Below are positions 56,540-64,000 of a stretch of DNA of 64,000 nucleotides, piece after piece (positions within the stretch are counted from its first letter, which is position 1; every line of letters starts with the position of its first letter). The DNA lies in the NCBI GenBank assembly GCA_963735805.1, contig CAVTMK010000002.1, positions 992,001-1,056,000 on the forward strand, written 5' to 3'. The position numbers were made by a program, and so were the translations under genes. The notes under the pieces are model-generated. The model did no database searches. It worked only from the letters and a program-made list of their open reading frames with translations, and had not been told where the DNA came from. This DNA comes from an uncultured Verrucomicrobiae bacterium. GTDB lineage: Bacteria; Verrucomicrobiota; Verrucomicrobiia; Chthoniobacterales; UBA10450.

Positions 56540-57685
56540 CTACGGAACGTGGCGCAAATACTCCCGATCCCACGCTGCCGGGATGCTTTCACGCGTCGAA
56601 TACGGCCCTGGCTCATACGCGCGCGAGGTAATACCTTTTTGACTCAGTTCGCACACGTGCCAGTCCTGCTTGTTGGTCATGTCCCAAAACTCGATCGCGT
56701 CATCGGGTTCAAAATCACTGTGTTTAAATGCGTCCGGGTGAAAAAACCAATCGCACAGGATCAGTGTGCGCTCCGGCGACTGCGGCCAAAGTTGATGTAC
56801 CATCGCGTAATCGGGATGCAGGCTCAGCAGCATGTTCGGAAAAATCGAATAATAGAAGACGAGCCGGAAATCCTCTTCACCAAATTGTTCCATTGGCAAG
56901 GCGCAGGCGTTTCCACTCATGGTCAGGCTTTTGCCTTTGGCGATCTGCATGAATCCACCAAGGAACGGTCCCTCAGTTAGATCGTTCTCCGCGGAGTCAT
57001 ACGGCGAGATTTTCGACAGCTCTGGATGTACGCCCAGGCAGTGATAACACTCTGAATAGTTTTCAAAAATCAACTTCCAGTTGGCTCGCACATCATATTC
57101 GATCCGCTTTGCCGAGCGAAGCGTTGGCAAGTTCCAGCGCGAAAATTTGCCAGCCAACGGCGCGAACCAGTCCTCAAGCGAAGCGTAGCTGTCTCGTTGC
57201 GTCAAGGTGTCGGCCAGGTTCGCAAAAATGAATCCCTCCCACAGAGCAAGGTTGGCCGGATGCAACGAATACTCGGTCTTGTCAAAGCCCGGAACGTCAT
57301 CCATGTGTGGCGCGCCGAGTAATCGTCCATCGAACGCATAAGTCCAGGCGTGATAGGGACATTGAATTCCTGCGGTTAGCCGGCCGTTTCTATCTTCAAT
57401 CACTCGACTTCCGCGGTGGCGACAAACATTGTAAAAGCCGTGGATCGTTCCGCGTTTATCGCGAACAATGATCAAGCTCTCACGCGCGACCTCTGCGGTA
57501 AAATAATCACCAGCTTGCGCGATCTGACTCTGATGTCCAACCAACACCCATTGCTTCGAGAAGATCTTCTCCTGCTCCTGCGCAAAAATCTCCGGGGAGA
57601 CGAAATAGCGTTGGGCCAAGCTCTTGGCGCCAGTTGTGAATGTCTCAGTGGGCTTGCGAAACGAAGGCACTACGTTAATCGGCAT
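56540..57685 (-). CDS. Rieske non-heme iron oxygenase alpha subunit (choline monooxygenase-like)
   Basis: CRHRG...CPYHAW Rieske motif and NWKLIFENYSECYHCLGVH iron motif. Confidence 0.92.
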   Translation of the reverse strand: MPINVVPSFRKPTETFTTGAKSLAQRYFVSPEIFAQEQEKIFSKQWVLVGHQSQIAQAGDYFTAEVARESLIIVRDKRGTIHGFYNVCRHRGSRVIEDRNGRLTAGIQCPYHAWTYAFDGRLLGAPHMDDVPGFDKTEYSLHPANLALWEGFIFANLADTLTQRDSYASLEDWFAPLAGKFSRWNLPTLRSAKRIEYDVRANWKLIFENYSECYHCLGVHPELSKISPYDSAENDLTEGPFLGGFMQIAKGKSLTMSGNACALPMEQFGEEDFRLVFYYSIFPNMLLSLHPDYAMVHQLWPQSPERTLILCDWFFHPDAFKHSDFEPDDAIEFWDMTNKQDWHVCELSQKGITSRAYEPGPYSTRESIPAAWDREYLRHVP

Positions 57686-57808
57686 CGATCGCATTTGAGA
57701 ATGCTCCACGCCGCCTAGCTTTGCGTCAATGCGGTAATCGCACGCGAAGCGCGACCGCATCTCGGCTGCCGTGCCGAGACAAACCGTTTTCGTTCCGCTG
57801 TGGTTTCC

Positions 57809-58252
57809 CTACTTGAGGACCACCTGATGAAACTCGTACCAATCGTCGAGATTGTTCAGATTCACTGCGTCCTTCGGAGACGAAGCGTCATCTGTGATAC
57901 CGCTTGCACCCAGAACGCCCTTCCGCGTCTCGTCATCGTGATTGTAACCACGCACCGCGGCGTTGTGCTTTTCAATCGCTCCTTGGTTGAGCGACTTGGC
58001 GTTTTTCTTCACCCAGGCTTCGAATTCAGGATAGGTCGGTTTTTCTTGTTTGATGTAATCCTTGACTGCCTGCTCTTCGAGTCCGAGCGCAGCACAAGTC
58101 ATCGCATCAAAACCTCTGCCGATGCCCGGATAGCCAGAGGCAAGCTTACCTTGTGATTCGAGCGAGACTTTCAACCAGAGCCGGGGAAGATGAAGAACCC
58201 CGAGTGGTCCGGCGACGCCCGAGCTGATCATTGGAACATATGTATCGACCAT
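57809..58252 (-). CDS. DUF5069-like protein
   Basis: GPLGVLHLPRLWLKV...GY...D...LG and C-terminal LDD pattern. Confidence 0.7.
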   Translation of the reverse strand: MVDTYVPMISSGVAGPLGVLHLPRLWLKVSLESQGKLASGYPGIGRGFDAMTCAALGLEEQAVKDYIKQEKPTYPEFEAWVKKNAKSLNQGAIEKHNAAVRGYNHDDETRKGVLGASGITDDASSPKDAVNLNNLDDWYEFHQVVLK

Positions 58253-58310
58253 AGTATCATTTTGTTAATCCCCCCTCGAGCGAATTGCAAGTTCGTGCGT
58301 CCTGCGAGTC

Positions 58311-58946
58311 TTATTCGCTGTCGATATCAGGCTTTGGTAAAGGCGATGAGATTTCTATCTGTGTAATCTTGCCGTCGGGCTCGCGGCTGGCCTCGAGTTC
58401 CACTTCTTGCCTGGGATCGGTGCGTGTGCTGAGAAACAAGATCCTCGTGATCTTTCCGTTCACATTAATCTTGTTAAGGCTCTGATTGAGATTGTTCGCT
58501 GCGGTTGCTGCCCCTTGCCAGCTGTCAGCTATTTTCTCTGGAGTAAGCGATGAGGTGCCGGTTTGAACGATTTTTACCTGGTCATCCACGATTTTTCTGG
58601 CTGGAGCTCCAGCGGGCTTGAATTCGGGAGTAGTCGGCGTCCAATCGGGTAATCTGACTGGTCCCGGGGCTTCAAGTTGCTTCTTCAAGGCGGCGGCCAG
58701 TTTTTCCTTTTCGCGCTTTTCCTGCTCCTCCTGTCGCGCTTCCTCTTCTTTCGCCTGAGACAGCATTTCCGCGAGTTTCTTCTTTGTATCTGGTGGTGTA
58801 GGGTTGTCTTTCTGAAGTTGTTTTGCCTCCTTTAACATCTCCTTCAAATCAGGATCATTCAGCGGGTTGTCCTGTGCGCGAAGAAGCGGAATGAAAAGCA
58901 GGCAGTTGATAACCAAAATAGAAAAAAAGCGAGCTTGTGGGTGCAT
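58311..58946 (-). CDS. Secreted hypothetical protein
   Basis: Signal peptide, a coiled-coil, then LPDW.P. Confidence 0.7.
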   Translation of the reverse strand: MHPQARFFSILVINCLLFIPLLRAQDNPLNDPDLKEMLKEAKQLQKDNPTPPDTKKKLAEMLSQAKEEEARQEEQEKREKEKLAAALKKQLEAPGPVRLPDWTPTTPEFKPAGAPARKIVDDQVKIVQTGTSSLTPEKIADSWQGAATAANNLNQSLNKINVNGKITRILFLSTRTDPRQEVELEASREPDGKITQIEISSPLPKPDIDSE

Positions 58947-59132
58947 TGCGGGAGAATAACAAGCGTCCCGCTGCTTACAATTCAAATGGACTGAGTGAAG
59001 GTCGTTTGGACCAGCCAAAAGCCTGCCCGAGCGGACGATCAAATTTCTTTCCCTCTCTGGCCATTTTTGCATTGCTTTGTCGCGGCGGATCGCATCGGTG
59101 TCCAATTAATCGAGTGGGCTAATCCTCATCTA

Positions 59133-59165
59133 TTGACGACATCGAATACTACGATATCGTAATAT
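59133..59165 (+). promoter_or_regulatory. Putative promoter with a palindromic operator (probably for the downstream MarR)
   Basis: TTGACG at 59133; perfect palindrome TACGATATCGTA at 59150-59161 overlapping a TATCGT -10 candidate. Confidence 0.55.
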
Positions 59166-59309
59166 CATGTTGAAAACTCATTTCAGGATGTGTGCCCGGG
59201 GCGTGCTGCTGGTTCAAGTGGCATTGGCTGCAAAAGCGGGGACGGCGCCGGTCAAACAGCAGGCGCAATCTTTCACAATTCTGTTGAACAGCTCGGTCGC
59301 GGATCGTCC

Positions 59310-59765
59310 ATGACTGACGCGGAATTGACCCGGGCGCTCGAGCGAGGCGATATCGCGAACGAAGATTTCCGTCATGCGTCCCATTTGCACGTGGCATGGG
59401 TGTATCTCGCCGAGTCCTCATCGGCGCAGCAGGCTGCCAACAAAATGCGCGATACATTACGCCGATTCGCCCTGGCCGCGGGTAGACCTGAAAAATATCA
59501 CGAGACCATTACGTTGTTTTGGGTGCATCTTCTCGCGCGCGCCTATGTGGCCAGCCGCGGAGGACGCCTGGAAGAAATCGTCCATGCACACCCGCAATTA
59601 CTGGAAAAGAATCTGCCACTCGTTTACTATTCGGCCGAGCGGCTTTTTAGTGACAAAGCGCGAGCTTTATGGGTAGAACCCGATTTGAAGCCGGTTTCAA
59701 TCGATGCCATTGCGACTTGTTCATCCGGTCCACCGCGCGACGCACCGGATCGGTCTTTATCTTGA
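59310..59765 (+). CDS. Conserved hypothetical protein
   Basis: FRHASHLHVAW...YHETITLFWV...WVEPDL. Confidence 0.75.
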   Translation: MTDAELTRALERGDIANEDFRHASHLHVAWVYLAESSSAQQAANKMRDTLRRFALAAGRPEKYHETITLFWVHLLARAYVASRGGRLEEIVHAHPQLLEKNLPLVYYSAERLFSDKARALWVEPDLKPVSIDAIATCSSGPPRDAPDRSLS

Positions 59766-60171
59766 CGACTTAAGAGAGCGCGGCTTAACGCAGGGAGAAG
59801 CACATATCTTAGGGTTGCTGGCTCATTGCGGCCGCGCCAACTTGGGCGATCTGCATCGTGGCCTCGCGCACAAGAGGTCGACACTGACCAGCATTCTTGA
59901 TCGCCTGGCTAGGCGCGGGCTGATCACCCGGGCAGTTGGAGAAACAGATCGGCGCACGTTCGTCGTGAGACTAACAGCAAAAGGCCGAAAGTTGGCGCGA
60001 CGCGTCCAGAGTCACTTATCCGCATTAGAACGCGCCGTTGTCCGTCGCGTTACCACGGCCGATATCAAGGGTTTCAACAAGGTTGTCGCTGCGCTCGAAC
60101 AGGAAGCGCATCAGCGTGCGGGTTCTCGAGGCGTTGAAGCGAATCGTAAGCGCGGGAAAGCGGTTTTGTGA
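59704..60171 (+). CDS. MarR family transcriptional regulator
   Basis: STLTSILDRLARRGLITR...DRR...LTAKG. Confidence 0.9.
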   Translation: MPLRLVHPVHRATHRIGLYLDDLRERGLTQGEAHILGLLAHCGRANLGDLHRGLAHKRSTLTSILDRLARRGLITRAVGETDRRTFVVRLTAKGRKLARRVQSHLSALERAVVRRVTTADIKGFNKVVAALEQEAHQRAGSRGVEANRKRGKAVL

Positions 60172-60202
60172 AACTCGAGGGGTTAGATCGATTTTATTGG
60201 TG

Positions 60203-61531
60203 CTAAAAGCGGTGTAGCAAAACTGCGAGCGCCAGGATCCCCATCAACACAAGAATGATAAGAGCAGTGAAGAGAATTCGATCTTGCAGGCGAGCACGCC
60301 GCGCGGCTTGCGCGTATGGAACGCGGGTGAAGGTAACCATTGTATAAAGGGGTAGATACAGACCAGGCAGCGCGGCTTCGAGCAGGTGATCGAGTTTTTT
60401 TTTCGCGCGAAATGTCCTCGACGCCGTTTTGTCGCGCATTTCAATGAAATTGCCAACCGCCAGATCGGCAAGCGCGTCTGCATTCTCCTTTCGACTACCG
60501 AAGTATTCTGCAAATGCACGTTCGCGACTGTCGGAGAATTTCTGGAGGCACTCATCGAGCACGATGCAATCCTCAAATGCGGCGTTCATTCCCTGACCAT
60601 AGAACGGCACGACTGCGTGCGCGGCATCCCCTAACAGGCAAACTTTGTCGCGGTAGTACCACGGCGCGCAACGAACGGTCACAAGCGAGCCGGTTGGATT
60701 GTTCTTGAAATCCTCGAGCAGCATCGGCATGAGCGGAATGGCATCAGGAAATTCTTCATCGAAGAAGCGCTGCACATCGTCATCTGTCCTTGTTGTGGAG
60801 AAACTGCGCGGGCCCTTGAATTCCCAGAAAAGGGTGCAGGTGAACGACCCGTCAGGGTTTGGTAGCGCAATCATCATAAAGCTTTTGCGCGGCCAGATGT
60901 GCAGGGCGTTTTTCTCGATTTGCCACGACCCGTCCGATGAAGGCGGGATTGTCAGCTCTTTGTATCCGTGTGCGAGATAACTCTCGTTGTATTGAAAATT
61001 ATCGATCTTTCGCCGCATTGAGTCGCGCACCGCGGAGAATGCGCCATCCACCCCGATGACTGCATCGCTATCCACAGTCAATTCGCCGGTCTCGGTTTCG
61101 AAAAGACAGCCCGCTCCATCCAGATCGACGTCGGTGCATTTGCGATTGAAATGGACGTGCACGTTCGGGTAACGCTGGGCCGCTTCGATTAATGTGGTGT
61201 TAAGGGAAGCGCGCCCGATTGAGTTGATGCATTTATTGGGATCGACATCGTACGGCGCGAAATGCAGCGCTCCGGATTTATCATGTATCATCCGGCCCCG
61301 CATCGGGATCGCGTGACGCAATGCTTCATCAGCAATTCCGATTTGTTCGAGCGCATGAATCCCACGTGTCGAAATTGCCAAGTTAATTGAGCGTCCACCA
61401 ACAATATTGCCTTCACGCGGGTCCGAGCGGCGTTCGTATAGATCGACATCGTAGCCGCGTCGACCCAAGTACGCTGCGAGCAACCCTCCCGCCAAGCCGC
61501 TGCCGATTAGGGTGAATCTCGTCAGCCTCAA
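60203..61531 (-). CDS. kmo: Kynurenine 3-monooxygenase
   Basis: GGRSINLAISTRG, HGYKELTIP, NALHIWPR, GDAAHAVVPFYGQGMNAAFED. Confidence 0.95.
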   Translation of the reverse strand: MRLTRFTLIGSGLAGGLLAAYLGRRGYDVDLYERRSDPREGNIVGGRSINLAISTRGIHALEQIGIADEALRHAIPMRGRMIHDKSGALHFAPYDVDPNKCINSIGRASLNTTLIEAAQRYPNVHVHFNRKCTDVDLDGAGCLFETETGELTVDSDAVIGVDGAFSAVRDSMRRKIDNFQYNESYLAHGYKELTIPPSSDGSWQIEKNALHIWPRKSFMMIALPNPDGSFTCTLFWEFKGPRSFSTTRTDDDVQRFFDEEFPDAIPLMPMLLEDFKNNPTGSLVTVRCAPWYYRDKVCLLGDAAHAVVPFYGQGMNAAFEDCIVLDECLQKFSDSRERAFAEYFGSRKENADALADLAVGNFIEMRDKTASRTFRAKKKLDHLLEAALPGLYLPLYTMVTFTRVPYAQAARRARLQDRILFTALIILVLMGILALAVLLHRF

Positions 61532-61591
61532 CTATCTCCCTTGGATTTCACGACGGCATTAATCGCGGAAGCGGTGCCTTCGGAAAGACCG

Positions 61592-62269
61592 CTACCGCGT
61601 CGCCGATTGCGCCGAATCGGTGTTGACAGGTCGTTCATCGCGTTCAGAGCTGCTTTTACTCCCCTTAACATCGGTGGCTGTTTTCGAGTTCGGCTTACCC
61701 GGTTCGTAATCCTGGAGCCAGGTGCTCCATTGCATGTTTTCTCTCCATGCGGTAATCCCGGAATGCCCGTAATGCTGTTCCACTTCGTATTCGTCGTCTT
61801 TTTTGACTTTGCACCAGAATAGTCTGCCGGCTCTGCGCCAGCCATCGAGAATGACTCCATCTTCGAAAGGCTGATTACGCGCGGTCACTACCAGACAATT
61901 GTTCTCGCTTGAGGTGTGGTCATAGGCCACACCCCAATGAAGCACCAGCGTCTTGGGCTTGAGTTCTTTCAAACGCGTTCCGATATCCTGTGCCCAATGG
62001 CCGCACCAGCCACGCTTTCGAGCGCCGACGTTGACCAGAAAGGCTTGAAACTCTGGATTTAGGACGACGTGATAATCGCGTGCGAGCTTGCGCGCCGTCG
62101 TGTGAGCCGTCAGCGATATTTGCTCGGCTTCGGCAGGATCAACGTCAGCTGAAAGCCCGGCCAGCGCCTTGCTCAAGTCCTTAATGGATCTCTCGTCTCC
62201 AGCCCAGGCCGGATGGATCAGAACGGGAAGCATAACACCCCAAAAAATGCTGCGTATCATTGTTTTCAT
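61592..62269 (-). CDS. Secreted hypothetical protein
   Basis: Signal peptide; GWCGHWAQD...VILDGWR. Confidence 0.7.
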   Translation of the reverse strand: MKTMIRSIFWGVMLPVLIHPAWAGDERSIKDLSKALAGLSADVDPAEAEQISLTAHTTARKLARDYHVVLNPEFQAFLVNVGARKRGWCGHWAQDIGTRLKELKPKTLVLHWGVAYDHTSSENNCLVVTARNQPFEDGVILDGWRRAGRLFWCKVKKDDEYEVEQHYGHSGITAWRENMQWSTWLQDYEPGKPNSKTATDVKGSKSSSERDERPVNTDSAQSATR

Positions 62270-62524
62270 TCGCTGGTCAGGGTTTTCGCATCTCTCGAGG
62301 GGAATTGCAACGATAACCGCCTGCTGGAAGCCTGCATCTCGGGACGAGGTCGAATCGGTTTCTCACTTTTTCTACGATATTGGAGAGCTCAAGGTATCAG
62401 ACTATGGATAGGAGGTTTTCGGCCACAGCGAATCAGCCTCGGTCATGCCAGGCGCGTGAATTAACATTCAAGCAAAGAAAAGCTCGCACGAAGTCCTTAT
62501 GCGGCACATCGTAACGCTTCAGAT

Positions 62525-62926
62525 ATGAAAATCCGGCGTCTTTATTTATTCGTTCCACTGGTTTGCGCTTTCACAATCGTCCAATCGGTGACGGCTCAAG
62601 AATCAAAGGCTGTCAAACCGAAGCAGTTTATTTATGTATTGCGGCTGGTGCCAAGGCTGCATTCGGATTCAGCTTGGACAAAAGAAGATAACGCCATAAT
62701 CAAACGGCATTTCGTTCGGTTTCAGGAGGCCTCCAAGGCTGGTCAATTAATTCTTGCGGGAAGAACATCAGAACCGGGCGACAAGACATTTGGCATCGCC
62801 GTTTTTGAGGCGCCCAACGAAGAGGCAGCGAGAAAGTTCATGCAAGAGGATCCGGTCGTCGCAGGTGGATTGATGACGGCGGAGCTTCACCCATTTGCCG
62901 TCGCCCTCGAACGCAAGAATCCATAG
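62525..62926 (+). CDS. YciI family protein (secreted)
   Basis: HF..F......GQLILAGRT...GIAVFEA...DPVV. Confidence 0.8.
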   Translation: MKIRRLYLFVPLVCAFTIVQSVTAQESKAVKPKQFIYVLRLVPRLHSDSAWTKEDNAIIKRHFVRFQEASKAGQLILAGRTSEPGDKTFGIAVFEAPNEEAARKFMQEDPVVAGGLMTAELHPFAVALERKNP

Positions 62927-62945
62927 GGAGACAATCGAGAGAGGC

Positions 62946-64000
62946 CTATTGGTGCTGAGCCAGAATCCTGGTGAAGCGCCACACCTCGTGAAAGGTATTG
63001 TAAATTGGAGTTGGTGCGACGCGGATTACGTTCGGTTCGCGAAAATCACATTTCACGCCCGCGGCTTCGAGTTCCTTCAATAATTGTTTCGGATGCTCGT
63101 GCGCCAGAATCGACAACTGACAGCCGCGCTCATTGGGATCGCGCGGTGTGATGACTGTAAATTTCTTAGATCCAATTTCTGCTAATAGAAACTCGAGATA
63201 GCCGGTAAGCATGACCGACTTTGCGCGTAGCTCCCGCATTCCACCCGCCTCATCGAAGATCGCGAGGGATGCGCGCAATGGCGCCATTGAAAAAATCGGT
63301 GGATTGCTGATCTGCCAGCCGTCGGCGGACGCAACGGGGATAAATTCCGGTTCCAAATGCAATCGGAACCGTGTAGTCGGATCGTTGCCAAACCAGCCAG
63401 CAAGTCGCGGCAACTTCGTGTTGGTCGCGTGTCGTTCGTGCACGTACGCCCCTGCAATTGCCCCAGGGCCGGCGTTGAGATATTTATACGAACACCAGAC
63501 CGCGAAATCGACATTCCAATCGTGCAACGTCAGCGACACGTTCCCGGCAGCATGGGCAAGATCGAACCCAACGATGATATCCCGCTTCTGCGCTGCAGCC
63601 GTGATTTTTCCGATGTCGAACAATTGACCTGTGAAAAAGTTCACACCCGCAAACATCACTACCGCGAGTTGATCGGCGTGCGTCTCGATCAGGTCGAGGA
63701 TGTCTTCCGTTTGGATGGTGAACTCACCTTTGCGCGGTCGTGCGAGAATGAGTGTGTCTTTCGGATCGAGCTTGTGATGCGCGATCTGCGTTTTAATCGC
63801 ATAGGTGTCGGAAGGAAACGCCGGCTCTTCCATCAGGATCTTGAATCGCGATTTGGTCGGCCGATAAAACGTTGCCATCATGAGATGGAGGTTCACCGTG
63901 AGGCTGTTCATGCAAATCACCTCTGGGGACTGCGCGCCAACAACCCGTGCGGTCGGGTCGCGCAACGCTTCGTGATAGGTGTACCACGGCGTCCCGGCCG
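62946..64000 (-). CDS. kynU: Kynureninase (5' end outside the window)
   Basis: MNSLTVNLHL, FPSD.YA, FDLAHAAGN, WCSYKYLNAGPG, RGCQLS. Confidence 0.96.
   Translation of the reverse strand, partial: AGTPWYTYHEALRDPTARVVGAQSPEVICMNSLTVNLHLMMATFYRPTKSRFKILMEEPAFPSDTYAIKTQIAHHKLDPKDTLILARPRKGEFTIQTEDILDLIETHADQLAVVMFAGVNFFTGQLFDIGKITAAAQKRDIIVGFDLAHAAGNVSLTLHDWNVDFAVWCSYKYLNAGPGAIAGAYVHERHATNTKLPRLAGWFGNDPTTRFRLHLEPEFIPVASADGWQISNPPIFSMAPLRASLAIFDEAGGMRELRAKSVMLTGYLEFLLAEIGSKKFTVITPRDPNERGCQLSILAHEHPKQLLKELEAAGVKCDFREPNVIRVAPTPIYNTFHEVWRFTRILAQHQ

Noticed and set aside
1..64000. CRISPR arrays, transposases, integrases, prophage or rRNA genes
   Set aside because: I saw no regularly spaced repeats and no ORF with the relevant motifs in this window.

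Overview
A gene-dense bacterial chromosome segment. Gene content and protein style suggest a soil Verrucomicrobiota, probably Chthoniobacterales or Ca. Udaeobacter-like (inference). Housekeeping genes include ndh (partial), rpmI, the SRP RNA, hit, nrdR, a topB-type topoisomerase, dprA, the prs-rplY-pth-rpsF-ssb cluster, rlmN, an ECF sigma/anti-sigma pair, an M1 aminopeptidase, rpmH (missed by the ORF track), tRNA-Lys(CTT), nadE, fabI, coaE, rho, rnd and moeB. The right end carries a dispersed kynurenine pathway (kynU, kmo, kynA, nbaC, ACMSD). Two regions stand out. (1) 45.6-50.6 kb holds two secreted proteins with N-terminal FecR domains, one with a long beta-helix-like passenger, followed by an outer-membrane beta-barrel with Slam/DUF560-like terminal motifs; this is a candidate dedicated export system. 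(2) 26.5-31.6 kb is a decayed island beside tRNA-Lys, bounded by a 15-bp direct repeat and GCTAC repeats, carrying an AT-rich 972-aa secreted protein with an S41/CPAF-like protease domain. Smaller points are a degenerate ATP-cone protein behind nrdR, an NrdR box inside the nrdR promoter, a bacterial Mpv17/PMP22-like protein, a His-rich uORF on a multicopper oxidase, and a SET gene with a probable CTG start. All calls come from reading motifs by eye; no database search was run.
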